From positions 1-41,584 of the forward strand of contig JBQGDD010000008.1 of assembly GCA_052038845.1 (NCBI GenBank): a DNA stretch of 41,584 nucleotides, given 5' to 3'. The first letter of the stretch is position 1; every line of letters starts with the position of its first letter. The DNA is from Dyadobacter sp. Its GTDB lineage: Bacteria > Bacteroidota > Bacteroidia > Flavobacteriales > Flavobacteriaceae. Made by a program: the position numbers and the translations under genes. Under the pieces are notes generated by a model. The model worked only from the letters and a program-made list of their open reading frames with translations, searched no databases and had not been told where the DNA came from. Shown here one piece after another: positions 16,467-26,933 of this stretch.

Positions 16467-17336
16467 ATGTCAAAGAAAAAGCTGAAGAGGCAGGTAATAA
16501 AAAAAAGACTGTTTAATAAAAACAGGTTGGTTATACTTAATGAGGATAATTTTGAAGAGATTTTTTCTTTAAAACTCAACCTTATGAATGTTTTTGTGGG
16601 CTTAACCACTGTAAGCATTGTAATGATAGCCATAACTACCTATATTATTGCTTTTACCCCACTGCGTGAGTACATTCCGGGTTATGCCTCAACACAATTA
16701 AAACGTGAAGCTACAAATAATGCTATAAAATCTGATTCGTTACAGCAAATTATTGAAGCTAATGAAGTCTACCTTGCATCAATACAAAAAGTGCTTGCCG
16801 GAGATTTGGAAACTACCAGGCTAAGCAGGGACTCGATATACGTACCGGAGCATAAGGATGCAGGCAATGTTGACCTTTCACCTTCTAAAGCCGACCTTAA
16901 GCTAAGGGAAGAAGTAGCTATGGAAGATAAGTATAACCTGTTTGAACAGGCTAAGCCACGTGTTAACCTTGTATTGTTTGCCCCGGTAAAAGGACATATT
17001 ACAGAACAGTACAGCTCTGCCAATAAACATTTTGCGGTAGATGTTGCAGTTCCTAAAGATGCACCTATTAAGTCGGTAGCGGCGGGTACAGTACTTTTAG
17101 CCGACTGGACACCTACTAACGGCAATGTTATACTGGTGCGCCATAACGATGGTATCATATCGGTTTACAAACACGCGGCACAATTAACAAAGTCGCAGGG
17201 CGATGTGGTAAAATCAGGTGAGGTTATTGCATTGGCAGGCTCTACAGGAACACAGTCTACAGGCATTCACCTTCATTTTGAACTATGGAAAGATGGCTAT
17301 CCTATTAATCCTACACAATATATTAACTTTGAGTAG
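16467..17336 (+). CDS. M23 family metallopeptidase with N-terminal TM and coiled coil
   Basis: HFAVD (HxxxD), YKH, STGIHLHFELW (HxH); TATATTTG box at 16442-16449. Confidence 0.93.
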   Translation: MSKKKLKRQVIKKRLFNKNRLVILNEDNFEEIFSLKLNLMNVFVGLTTVSIVMIAITTYIIAFTPLREYIPGYASTQLKREATNNAIKSDSLQQIIEANEVYLASIQKVLAGDLETTRLSRDSIYVPEHKDAGNVDLSPSKADLKLREEVAMEDKYNLFEQAKPRVNLVLFAPVKGHITEQYSSANKHFAVDVAVPKDAPIKSVAAGTVLLADWTPTNGNVILVRHNDGIISVYKHAAQLTKSQGDVVKSGEVIALAGSTGTQSTGIHLHFELWKDGYPINPTQYINFE

Positions 17337-17337
17337 G

Positions 17338-17697
17338 ATGGATGTATTTATAGAGAAAATAACAGGTATATTTTTTTTATCAGGAGTAATATTTCTGGTG
17401 GCTGGAATCATACTATATTCTTTTCCCCCAAAAAAAATTAACCATCTTTACGGCTACAGGACAAAACGCTCTATGAACTCGCAGGAAGCCTGGGATTTTG
17501 CCCAAAAAGATTCTGCAAAACAAATGTTTAAAGCAGGTGCAATAATGATTATTTTAGGGGTTATTACCCTATTAGCTGAAACCAATGAAATTTTTAATCT
17601 TATTGCCGGGCTTGCCATTCTAATTGGGTCGGCAGTTTATGTGTTATATTCTACCGAAAAAAAGCTGAAAGATAAATTTGAAAAATATAGATACTGA
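17338..17697 (+). CDS. SdpI family membrane protein (start revised to ATG 17338)
   Basis: PPKKINHLYGYRTKRSMNSQEAWDFAQ signature; the ATG lies 1 nt after the M23 stop, in frame with the track ORF. Confidence 0.85.
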   Translation: MDVFIEKITGIFFLSGVIFLVAGIILYSFPPKKINHLYGYRTKRSMNSQEAWDFAQKDSAKQMFKAGAIMIILGVITLLAETNEIFNLIAGLAILIGSAVYVLYSTEKKLKDKFEKYRY

Positions 17698-19178
17698 TGT
17701 CTTTAAAATCATTTGCTGCTAAACTGTTTGCCCGTAAAGTATATAAGGATACCCAAAAATGGGCAAAAAATCCTGTAGAAACCCAACAGAAAGTATTTGC
17801 AGGACTGATAGCTAAAGCGCAGCATACAGCATTTGGCAAAGACCATAGTTTTAGCAATATTTCATCGTATAAAGATTTTGCGGATAATGTCCCTGTACGC
17901 GATTATGAGGGGCTGAAAACGTATGTAGATAAAGTGGTGCATGGCGAGGCTGATATTTTATGGCCCGGCAAGCCCCTGTATTTTGCCAAGACATCGGGTA
18001 CTACATCGGGGGCTAAGTATATTCCGCTTACTAAGGAGAGTATGCCTTACCATATAGAAGCTGCCCGTAATGCTATATTGCTGTACATACATGAAACGGG
18101 CAAAGCAAAATTTGTAGATGGCAAAATGATATTTTTACAGGGCAGCCCTGTACTTGAAGAAAAGAACGGGATAAAATTCGGGCGGCTCAGTGGTATTGTA
18201 GCGCACTATGTGCCGGCATACCTGCAACGAAACCGTATGCCAAGCTGGGAAACCAATGTTATAGATGACTGGGAAACCAAAGTTGATGCTATTGTAGAAG
18301 AAACCTATACAGAAGATATGTCGGTTATATCGGGCATACCTTCATGGGTGCAGATGTATTTTGAACGGTTACAGCAAAAAGGAAATAAAAAAGTAGGCGA
18401 AATTTTTAAAAATTTCAGCCTGTTTATATATGGCGGGGTTAACTATGAGCCTTACCGTGCCAAATTTGAAAATCTCATAGGGCGCAGGGTTGACAGCATT
18501 GAACTTTTCCCGGCATCTGAAGGTTTTTTTGCCTATCAGGATACCCAAACGGAGAAGGGGATGCTGTTACTGCTTAATTCTGGTATTTTTTATGAGTTTA
18601 TAAAAGCCGATGAGTTTTTTACAGAAAACCCTATACGTTATACAATAGGTGAGGTACAGGAGGGTATTAATTATGTACTTATAATTTCTACCAATGCCGG
18701 GTTGTGGGCATACAATACCGGAGATACGGTTCAGTTTACCTCATTAAGTCCCTACAGGGTTATAGTAACAGGAAGGATAAAACATTTTATTTCGGCATTT
18801 GGCGAGCATGTTATTGGCAAAGAGGTTGAAAGCGCGCTTAAGGAAGCTATGGAAGGCACCAACGTACGGGTAAATGAGTTTACCGTTGCCCCGCAAATAA
18901 ACCCTGATAGCGGGCTGCCGTATCATGAATGGTTTATTGAGTTTGAACAGGAGCCGGATAATATGGATGCCTTTGCCCTTAAAATAGACAGGGCTATGCG
19001 AAATCAAAATGTGTATTATGACGATTTGATAGCGGGTAATATACTTCGCACAGTGGTTGTAACTAAAGTAAGTAAAAACGGTTTTCAGGAATATATGAAA
19101 TCTATTGGTAAGCTGGGCGGACAAAACAAGCTGCCGAGGCTGAGTAACGACAGGAAAATTGCGGATGTTTTGAAATAA
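17697..19178 (+). CDS. GH3 (auxin-responsive promoter) family adenylate-forming enzyme
   Basis: FAKTSGTTSGAKYIP P-loop, FPASEGFF, GLW.Y.TGD, GGQNKLPRL. Confidence 0.9.
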   Translation: MSLKSFAAKLFARKVYKDTQKWAKNPVETQQKVFAGLIAKAQHTAFGKDHSFSNISSYKDFADNVPVRDYEGLKTYVDKVVHGEADILWPGKPLYFAKTSGTTSGAKYIPLTKESMPYHIEAARNAILLYIHETGKAKFVDGKMIFLQGSPVLEEKNGIKFGRLSGIVAHYVPAYLQRNRMPSWETNVIDDWETKVDAIVEETYTEDMSVISGIPSWVQMYFERLQQKGNKKVGEIFKNFSLFIYGGVNYEPYRAKFENLIGRRVDSIELFPASEGFFAYQDTQTEKGMLLLLNSGIFYEFIKADEFFTENPIRYTIGEVQEGINYVLIISTNAGLWAYNTGDTVQFTSLSPYRVIVTGRIKHFISAFGEHVIGKEVESALKEAMEGTNVRVNEFTVAPQINPDSGLPYHEWFIEFEQEPDNMDAFALKIDRAMRNQNVYYDDLIAGNILRTVVVTKVSKNGFQEYMKSIGKLGGQNKLPRLSNDRKIADVLK

Positions 19179-19278
19179 AAAGAAACTTAGAAGCAACTTT
19201 TTATTGATTTTATCATCTCTATAGCATAAATAACCAACTAAAAAATAAACCCTACATTTGCCAGTAAATTAAACAAGA

Positions 19279-20967
19279 ATGCAAAGCATAAAGAATATAT
19301 CACGCTCCAGGGCACAGGAATCATCTGCTGCTGTAGAGCGTTTATACATAACAATGCGCCACCTGTTTAACAGGGGGTTTTATAAGCCAATGGGCGTATC
19401 GGGCGATACGCTGCGGGAAGCTTTATTATCACTCCGCCCCGAAATTTACGGTTCTATTGCCGAGGAAAAAGCAGAGCTTAACGGACTGCTGTATGTAATA
19501 GAACGTTTGCCTGTGGGCATAGAAGAATGCCGTTTTATTAACCTTACTTCTGACGAGGGGTATTCTAAATCGCATTTTCAGGCTATTGTACCACCAAAAA
19601 GGCGCAGGAACTGCTACCGTATAGACGAGGAGCAGATGAATGTAGAGATTACCCGAGGACGCTCTGACATTTATGATATACTTACCCACCTTACTTTTAT
19701 TTTTGTAGAATCGCACAAAATAAAAGACAGGGTACTTATAGACGATACGGGCGAAATGAACCGCGACTGGCAAAAGCTGGAGCAGGTAGTATTACAGGGT
19801 AAAAAACTTAACCTTATAGAGCGCGAAAAGGCAATATCGCATGTATCTAATATACTGGGGCGAACTTTTGCCGAGGTTATGGATATTTATGATGCTTTTG
19901 GCAACACCACTGCCCCCGAAAGGTTTCTGCATATAATTTACTGGCTGGGTAAGCTGGCTATAGAAGAAGCCACAGGCGGACCTAAGAGGACTATAACGTT
20001 TAGCCCTATTTTAAGGGAAAGGCTGGGGCATCATATTCATGGTGAGATATGGGCAGATAATATAAAGGCTGTGCTAAAGCAAAATGGCTTGCTGGAGAGA
20101 CCCATACACGTTATAAGTGCCAATATGCACAGTGTAATGAATTCTGTTTTTGCTCCCTATGTGCTTAAAGCAAAATATAAGGATAAAGACGATTTTGCTA
20201 TTTATGAAGACCTTAGCAAAACAGGGAGCGGCGAACTGCGTAGCAAGGTAGAGGAGTTTGCCCTTAAAAACGGCATGATAGCCATGCCCGATACATCGGG
20301 TACTAATATTGATGTGCAGATATTTGATACGGCAAAAATAGATTTTTCTAAAACGGCTTTTCCAAAAGCGAAGCCTGAGGGCAAAATGCCTGTTATAGTT
20401 GTAATGGATTACGCTTTTGGAGAACAGGCGTATGAAACCATAGATGAATTGCTTAAGCCATTTAAGGAAAGCGGAACGAGGACACTTATAAATGTAGAGT
20501 CGGTTTCGATAATGGGTAAAGCCGGGATTCTTGAGGGTAATAAAGGAGATATAATGATACCGTCTGCCCACATAAATGAGGGTACAGGGGATAATTACCC
20601 TTTTGAAAATGAATTAAAACCCGAAATGTTTGAAAATCAGGGTGTACCTGTTTATGAGGGAGCCATGGTAACGGTACTGGGTACTTCATTACAAAATAAA
20701 GACTTATTAAGGTTCTTTAACCAATCTACATGGGGGGTTATCGGGCTTGAGATGGAAGGGGCTTATTACCAGAAGGCAATACAGTCGGCATCAAAAATAC
20801 GAAAGAGCATTAATCCTGATGTTAAGGTGCGCTATGCCTATTATGCATCTGATAATCCGCTGGAAACAGGCAGTACGCTTGCATCGGGCGGACTGGGTAC
20901 TACAGGCGTTAAACCTACTTATTTAATAACAATCAAAATTTTAGAGCAAATATTTAATATAAAATAG
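19279..20967 (+). CDS. Conserved hypothetical protein (DUF6909-like) with a C-terminal nucleoside-phosphorylase-like fold
   Basis: MGKAG, GLEMEG and YASDNP motifs; TACATTTG box at 19253-19260. Confidence 0.7.
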   Translation: MQSIKNISRSRAQESSAAVERLYITMRHLFNRGFYKPMGVSGDTLREALLSLRPEIYGSIAEEKAELNGLLYVIERLPVGIEECRFINLTSDEGYSKSHFQAIVPPKRRRNCYRIDEEQMNVEITRGRSDIYDILTHLTFIFVESHKIKDRVLIDDTGEMNRDWQKLEQVVLQGKKLNLIEREKAISHVSNILGRTFAEVMDIYDAFGNTTAPERFLHIIYWLGKLAIEEATGGPKRTITFSPILRERLGHHIHGEIWADNIKAVLKQNGLLERPIHVISANMHSVMNSVFAPYVLKAKYKDKDDFAIYEDLSKTGSGELRSKVEEFALKNGMIAMPDTSGTNIDVQIFDTAKIDFSKTAFPKAKPEGKMPVIVVMDYAFGEQAYETIDELLKPFKESGTRTLINVESVSIMGKAGILEGNKGDIMIPSAHINEGTGDNYPFENELKPEMFENQGVPVYEGAMVTVLGTSLQNKDLLRFFNQSTWGVIGLEMEGAYYQKAIQSASKIRKSINPDVKVRYAYYASDNPLETGSTLASGGLGTTGVKPTYLITIKILEQIFNIK

Positions 20968-20970
20968 TTT

Positions 20971-21957
20971 ATGGCAACTCAACCAAATGCAAACGATTAT
21001 CAGGAGATAGACCTCTCCAGGGTGTCAAGAAAAGTTAAGGGATATGTTTCCCGGGTTAACGATTCTTTTTTTGATGTTATCCTTTTCTTTAAGAAATATG
21101 CTATAGTTATAGTTGTACTTGTAATACTTGGCGGGATATTAGGCTATTTTCAGGATAAAAACTCAGGCAGCTATGAACATAAATTATATGTTATTCCAAA
21201 CTTTAAAAGTGCAGATTACCTGTACTCTAAAGTAGAGCACATCAATTTAAAGATAGGTGAGTGGGATACTGTTACACTAAAGGATATCGGCATTGTAAAC
21301 TCTGGTATCGGGCAGATAAAAATTGAGCCCGTTGTAGATATTTACGAGTTTGTAAAAGGTAAAAACAACAGGAACTATGATATGGTTAAACTTCTTTCAG
21401 AAAACAATGATCTTGGTAAGGTAATGGAAGAAGATATCACTGCAAAAAACTACAAGCACCATGTAATTACATTTAGCAGTAAAAAACCTGTTACAGCAGA
21501 GAATACAGTAAACCCTATACTGGCATATTTAAATAACAGTGATTATTTTAAAGTTATCCAAAGAGAAGAAGTAGAAAACTTAAGGATAAGGATGATAGCC
21601 ACAGACTCAACCATTAGCCAGATCAACGGTATTTTGAGTGATTTTTCGCAAAGTGCGGCAAAGCAGACCAAAGGTGAAAATCTTATCTATTATAATAACA
21701 ATACAGAGATTGACCTGGTTATAGAAAAGAAAAAAGACCTGGTTGAAGAACAGGCGCAAAACAGGATAGATGTAATTAATTATGAAAAGATAATTAAAGA
21801 CAGCGGTGTAATATTAAATAACAGGAAAACCGCCTTTTTAGATGGTAAAATGATTGTTATTACGCCAATACTGTTTATACTGGCATTTGCGGCAAGCCTG
21901 TCTTTCAGGTCATATTATAAGAAGCAGTCGGCTAAACGAAAACTGAATGCAGCATAA
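20971..21957 (+). CDS. Wzz-like polysaccharide chain-length/co-polymerase protein
   Basis: QEIDL N-terminus, TM near each end, periplasmic coiled coil; first gene of the glycan cluster. Confidence 0.6.
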   Translation: MATQPNANDYQEIDLSRVSRKVKGYVSRVNDSFFDVILFFKKYAIVIVVLVILGGILGYFQDKNSGSYEHKLYVIPNFKSADYLYSKVEHINLKIGEWDTVTLKDIGIVNSGIGQIKIEPVVDIYEFVKGKNNRNYDMVKLLSENNDLGKVMEEDITAKNYKHHVITFSSKKPVTAENTVNPILAYLNNSDYFKVIQREEVENLRIRMIATDSTISQINGILSDFSQSAAKQTKGENLIYYNNNTEIDLVIEKKKDLVEEQAQNRIDVINYEKIIKDSGVILNNRKTAFLDGKMIVITPILFILAFAASLSFRSYYKKQSAKRKLNAA

Positions 21958-22970
21958 TGAATAAAAAGTTATTAGTAACAGGCGGTGCAGGGTTTATAGG
22001 CTCAAACTTTATTGTGCATTTTTTACACAATAACCCTGACTATGCTATTGTTAACCTTGATAAACTTACCTATGCGGGCAACCCTGCCAACCTTACAGAA
22101 GTAGCAGACAGCCCAAATTATATTTTTGCAGAAGGCGATATTTGCGACAGACCATTTGTAGAACAGCTTTTTAAAGCACATGAATTCACCGGAGTTATCC
22201 ATTTTGCGGCAGAGTCGCATGTGGATAATTCAATTTCAGGCCCCGAGGCTTTTATAAAAACCAATGTACTGGGAACCTTTAACCTGCTGGAAGCAGCAAG
22301 AAACCACTGGATGCAAAGCCCGGGCGTTTATAAAAAGGAATATGAAAACTGCCGTTTTCACCATATATCTACAGATGAGGTGTACGGAACATTAGGAGAA
22401 GAAGGTTTATTTACCGAAGAAACGCCTTATGCCCCAAACAGCCCCTATAGTGCATCCAAGGCATCATCAGACATGGTGGTGCGGAGCTACTTCCATACCT
22501 ACGGAATGAATGTGGTTACTACCAACTGTTCTAACAATTACGGACCAAAACAGCATAAAGAAAAACTGATACCCACTATTATAAGAAAAGCAGTTTCAGG
22601 AGAGGGCATACCTATTTACGGCAACGGGGAGAACGTGCGGGACTGGCTGTATGTACAGGATCACTGCACCGGTATTGAGCTGGCTTATAAAAAAGGCAAG
22701 GCGGGAAAGACTTATAACATTGGCGGCAGGAACGAGCGCAACAATCTGTATATAGCTACAAAAATATGCGAACTGCTGGATGTTATGACTCCTAAAGAAT
22801 CGGGCAGCTATAAACAGCAGATTACCTTTGTGAAGGACAGGCCGGGGCATGACCTGCGCTATGCTATAGATGCCTCTAAAATAGAGGATGAACTTGGGTG
22901 GCAAGCCGATGAAAATTTTGAAACAGGAATAGTAAAAACCATTGAGTGGTATTTGCAAAAACTAAAGTAA
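21957..22970 (+). CDS. rfbB: dTDP-glucose 4,6-dehydratase
   Basis: [47 protein letters not shown]. Confidence 0.97.
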   Translation: MNKKLLVTGGAGFIGSNFIVHFLHNNPDYAIVNLDKLTYAGNPANLTEVADSPNYIFAEGDICDRPFVEQLFKAHEFTGVIHFAAESHVDNSISGPEAFIKTNVLGTFNLLEAARNHWMQSPGVYKKEYENCRFHHISTDEVYGTLGEEGLFTEETPYAPNSPYSASKASSDMVVRSYFHTYGMNVVTTNCSNNYGPKQHKEKLIPTIIRKAVSGEGIPIYGNGENVRDWLYVQDHCTGIELAYKKGKAGKTYNIGGRNERNNLYIATKICELLDVMTPKESGSYKQQITFVKDRPGHDLRYAIDASKIEDELGWQADENFETGIVKTIEWYLQKLK

Positions 22971-22974
22971 AAGC

Positions 22975-23838
22975 ATGAAAGGAATAATATTAGCAGGAGG
23001 GTCGGGCACGCGGTTGCATCCGTTAACGCTTGCCGTTAGCAAGCAACTGATGCCAATTTATGATAAGCCCATGATATACTACCCGCTGTCAACCTTGTTA
23101 TGGAGCGGTATAAGGGAAATTCTCATCATATCTACACCCCACGACCTGCCTTTATTCCGCCAACTGCTGGGCGACGGGAGCAAACTGGGCTGCCGTTTTG
23201 AATATGCCGAACAGGAAAATCCAAACGGACTTGCCGAAGCGTTTATTATTGGTAAAGATTTTATTGGCAAAGATAAAGTAGCACTTATACTGGGCGATAA
23301 TATATTTTACGGAACCGGGCTTGCAGAACTTTTACAGTCTAACAACAACCCTGAAGGGGGAATAATATATGCCTACCATGTGCATGACCCTGAACGCTAT
23401 GGTGTGGTAGATTTTGATGAGGAGGGAAAAGTACTTTCTATTGAAGAGAAGCCTTTAAAACCAAAATCTAACTTTGCGGTACCGGGCATTTATTTTTATG
23501 ATAACGATGTTGTGGATATTGCCGCAAACATACAGCCCAGCCACAGGGGTGAACTCGAAATAACTGATGTAAACCGTGAATACCTTAAGCGGGGTAAACT
23601 GAAAGTAAGCATACTCGACAGGGGTACTGCCTGGCTCGATACGGGTACTTTTAACTCGCTTATGCAGGCGGGGCAGTTTGTACAGGTAATAGAGGAACGG
23701 CAGGGGCTTAAAATAGGCGCTATAGAAGAGGCTGCCTATAAAATGGACTATATTACTAAAGAACAATTAATACAGTTAGCAGAACCGTTACTTAAAAGCG
23801 GTTATGGCAAACACTTAATAAGCATAACAGCACAATGA
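22975..23838 (+). CDS. rfbA: Glucose-1-phosphate thymidylyltransferase
   Basis: [46 protein letters not shown]. Confidence 0.97.
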   Translation: MKGIILAGGSGTRLHPLTLAVSKQLMPIYDKPMIYYPLSTLLWSGIREILIISTPHDLPLFRQLLGDGSKLGCRFEYAEQENPNGLAEAFIIGKDFIGKDKVALILGDNIFYGTGLAELLQSNNNPEGGIIYAYHVHDPERYGVVDFDEEGKVLSIEEKPLKPKSNFAVPGIYFYDNDVVDIAANIQPSHRGELEITDVNREYLKRGKLKVSILDRGTAWLDTGTFNSLMQAGQFVQVIEERQGLKIGAIEEAAYKMDYITKEQLIQLAEPLLKSGYGKHLISITAQ

Positions 23839-24386
23839 TAATTACACCTACTAAACTGGAGGGATGTTTTATAATAGAGCCTAAAATAGTACATGATGAA
23901 AGAGGCTATTTTATGGAGGGCTATAATGAGAGGGAGTTTAACGCTAAAACAGGTGCTGATGTTCATTTTGTGCAGGATAACCAGTCTTTTTCAACAAAAG
24001 GAGTATTGCGTGGGCTGCATTACCAAACAGGTGAGCATGCACAGGCAAAGCTGGTAAGGGTACTGCAGGGCGAAGTGCTGGATGTTGCTGTAGATATACG
24101 CCCCGGCTCTGAAACCTTTGGACAGTATGAAGCAGTTGTGCTATCGGGCGAAAACCAGAAACAGTTTTTTGTACCCCGTGGTTTTGCACATGGTTTTTTG
24201 GTGTTGAGCGAAACGGCTACTTTTTTCTATAAATGCGATAATTATTATAATAAAGAATCTGAAGGAGGTATTATGTATAATGATGCTACCCTGGGGATAG
24301 AGTGGGGGCAGGAGCAGGCAGGCTATATTATATCAGACAAAGATAAAATACTCCCCACATTACAAAACAGTAAAAAGGCATGGTAG
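23835..24386 (+). CDS. rfbC: dTDP-4-dehydrorhamnose 3,5-epimerase
   Basis: [39 protein letters not shown]. Confidence 0.97.
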   Translation: MIITPTKLEGCFIIEPKIVHDERGYFMEGYNEREFNAKTGADVHFVQDNQSFSTKGVLRGLHYQTGEHAQAKLVRVLQGEVLDVAVDIRPGSETFGQYEAVVLSGENQKQFFVPRGFAHGFLVLSETATFFYKCDNYYNKESEGGIMYNDATLGIEWGQEQAGYIISDKDKILPTLQNSKKAW

Positions 24387-25222
24387 TACTGGTAACAGGC
24401 GCATCGGGGCAGTTGGGGCAGGCGCTGCAGGCACTTGCGCCAAAGTATGGTGCTTTACAGTTTTATTTTGCCAGTTCTACTGAAGCAGATATTACTAATT
24501 CTGAAAGCCTTGCTGTAGTTTTTAGTAAGGTAAAGCCTGACTACTGCATTAACGCTGCTGCCTATACCGCGGTTGATAAAGCAGAAAGCGAGCCTGAAAA
24601 AGCGGCAGATGTAAATACCACAGGCGCAAAAAATATTGCCGAAGCCTGTAAAGCGGCGGGAGCAACACTAATACACATATCTACAGATTTTGTATTTGAC
24701 GGAAGTAAAAGAACGCCATATACCGAGGATGACATCACTGCCCCGCAGGGTGTTTACGGACAGACAAAAAGGGATGGGGAATTGCTGATTGAGCAAACGC
24801 TTAAAAAACATTATATCATTCGTACCTCATGGCTGTACTCTCAATATGGTCATAATTTTATGAAGACTATGCTGAGGCTTGGCAGGGAAAGGGATTTTTT
24901 AACCGTTGTTAACGACCAAATAGGTACGCCCACAAATGCTAATGACCTTGCTGAGGCTATTGTTACAATAATTCTGAATGATAAAAAGGCATATGGTATA
25001 TACCATTACAGTAATGAGGGGGTGGCAACCTGGTATGATTTCGCAAAGAAAATATTCGAAGTTAACAATATAGCTATAGATATACAGCCTATACCTACTT
25101 CGGCTTATCCAACTCCGGCAAGAAGACCTGAGTACAGTGTGCTTGATAAGAGTAAGATTAAAGAGGTTTTTGGAATAGAGATAAAGAGCTGGGAAGAGGC
25201 GTTAAACAGTAAAAGTACATAA
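24380..25222 (+). CDS. rfbD: dTDP-4-dehydrorhamnose reductase
   Basis: TGASGQLG, NAAAYTAVDKAE, STDFVFDG, YGQTK, DQIGTPT, PARRP. Confidence 0.96.
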   Translation: MVVLVTGASGQLGQALQALAPKYGALQFYFASSTEADITNSESLAVVFSKVKPDYCINAAAYTAVDKAESEPEKAADVNTTGAKNIAEACKAAGATLIHISTDFVFDGSKRTPYTEDDITAPQGVYGQTKRDGELLIEQTLKKHYIIRTSWLYSQYGHNFMKTMLRLGRERDFLTVVNDQIGTPTNANDLAEAIVTIILNDKKAYGIYHYSNEGVATWYDFAKKIFEVNNIAIDIQPIPTSAYPTPARRPEYSVLDKSKIKEVFGIEIKSWEEALNSKST

Positions 25223-26169
25223 TGGTAATTGATATTTCTATAGTAGTTCCGCTGTATAATGAAGAGCAGGTTTTTAAACAGCTTACCAACAGATTAATAA
25301 AGGTTATTGATACTGTGGGATTTGCTTGTGAAATAATTTTAGTTAATGATGGAAGTACAGATAATACAGCCGGACTGATAGAAGAAATATGCCTTAAAGA
25401 TACACGCTTTACCGGGATACTGCTTTCACGAAACCATGGGCATCAGCTTGCAGTAACTTCCGGGCTTGCACACGTGCGGGGAAAGCGCGGAGCTATGATT
25501 ATTGACGGTGACCTTCAGGATCCGCCGGAATTAGTTTCTGAGTTTTATAAACTGCTGCTTGACGGCTATGATGTTATATATGCCATAAGGAAAAACAGGA
25601 AAGAATCACGGTTAAAAAAAATGGCTTACTGGCTGTATTACAGGATACAGAAAAAAATTTCAAATTTTAATATACCTATAGACAGTGGTGATTTTTCAAT
25701 GCTGAGCAGGAGGGTGGTAGATAAAATGAATGAAATGCCAGAGCAGAGCCGCTATTTGCGTGGCATGCGCTCGTGGATTGGGTTTAAGCAGACAGGCTAC
25801 GAGTATTCGAGGGACGAAAGGCAGGCAGGTGTTACAAAGTATAGCTGGAAAAAGTTATTTGAACTGGCTTTTAACGGTATCTTTAACTTTAGTGATTTTC
25901 CGGTTCGGATTATAACGAGGCTGGGTTTAATAACAATAGTGCTTTCACTTATTTATTTATCTTATATAATAATCAGGAAAATATTTTTTAATGATGTACC
26001 GCAGGGCTTTACCGCTACTTTACTTGCCATAATACTTTTTAGCGGTGTACAGATGCTTTCGTTAGGGCTTATTGGTGAATATGTATTACGAATTTATAAC
26101 CAGGTAAGAAACAGACCGCTATACATTGTAGATAAAATAATACAGGAAGGCAGGGAAAAGAAAGAGTAG
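25222..26169 (+). CDS. GT2 polyprenol-phosphate glycosyltransferase (GtrB/ArnC-like)
   Basis: VVPLYNEE, VNDGSTD, LSRNHGHQ.A, DGDLQDPPE, two C-terminal TMs, IGEYVLRIY...RP.Y. Confidence 0.9.
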   Translation: MVIDISIVVPLYNEEQVFKQLTNRLIKVIDTVGFACEIILVNDGSTDNTAGLIEEICLKDTRFTGILLSRNHGHQLAVTSGLAHVRGKRGAMIIDGDLQDPPELVSEFYKLLLDGYDVIYAIRKNRKESRLKKMAYWLYYRIQKKISNFNIPIDSGDFSMLSRRVVDKMNEMPEQSRYLRGMRSWIGFKQTGYEYSRDERQAGVTKYSWKKLFELAFNGIFNFSDFPVRIITRLGLITIVLSLIYLSYIIIRKIFFNDVPQGFTATLLAIILFSGVQMLSLGLIGEYVLRIYNQVRNRPLYIVDKIIQEGREKKE

Positions 26170-26170
26170 T

Positions 26171-26932
26171 ATGCAGCATGAATATTATAAAGAATATTAT
26201 GAACTGGAGCGGTCACACTGGTGGTTTACAGCCCGTGAAAAGATTATATGCAACTATGTAAGCAAGCTGATTGCAGACAGAAACCCTGAAAACAATTTAA
26301 GAATATTAAACATAGGCTGTGGGCCCGGCAGAAGTTCGGAATACTTATCTAAGTTTGGAAAAGTTATTTCTGTAGAATATGATAAATTTTGCTGTGATTT
26401 TGTTTCTGAGAAAACAGGGCTTGAAATTATAAACGGTTCTATTACAGAACTTCCGTTTCCTGATAGTTCTTTTGATTTGGTATGTGCATTTGATGTTATA
26501 GAACATGTGGAAGATGACCTGCTCGCTGTTAGCGAAATGAAGCGGGTTGCAGTACAAAATGGTATATTGCTGGTAACAGTGCCTGCTTTTATGAGTTTAT
26601 GGAGCCACCACGATGAGGTTAACCACCATTTTAGGAGATACAGGCACAATGAGCTTAAAAGACTGTTTGAAACAGTGCGGGGGGGCAGTATAATTAACTG
26701 TACATACTTTAATTTTTTCCTGTTTCCTCCTATTTATTTTTTTAGGAAACTCAGTAATTTACTGAAGTCAGGAAAAAAAAGAAAAGGTTCAGGCAGTGAT
26801 TTTGAGTCGTTTAATCCCGGTTTTGTAAATAATGTACTTTATTCAGTCATGAAGTCTGAAAGCATATTAGTAAATAAAGGTATCAGGCTGCCGTTTGGAG
26901 TATCGATATTGTTAAGCTGGAAAAAAAGTTAG
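26171..26932 (+). CDS. Class I SAM-dependent methyltransferase
   Basis: HWWF..R, ILNIGCGPG, LPF.D.SFD, DVIEH, VPAF..LWS.HD...HH.RRY. Confidence 0.9.
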   Translation: MQHEYYKEYYELERSHWWFTAREKIICNYVSKLIADRNPENNLRILNIGCGPGRSSEYLSKFGKVISVEYDKFCCDFVSEKTGLEIINGSITELPFPDSSFDLVCAFDVIEHVEDDLLAVSEMKRVAVQNGILLVTVPAFMSLWSHHDEVNHHFRRYRHNELKRLFETVRGGSIINCTYFNFFLFPPIYFFRKLSNLLKSGKKRKGSGSDFESFNPGFVNNVLYSVMKSESILVNKGIRLPFGVSILLSWKKS

Positions 26933-26933
26933 G

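Noticed and set aside
17218-17337. N-terminal extension of the SdpI ORF in the track
   Set aside because: Overlaps the M23 catalytic end; the ATG at 17338 right after the M23 stop is more plausible.
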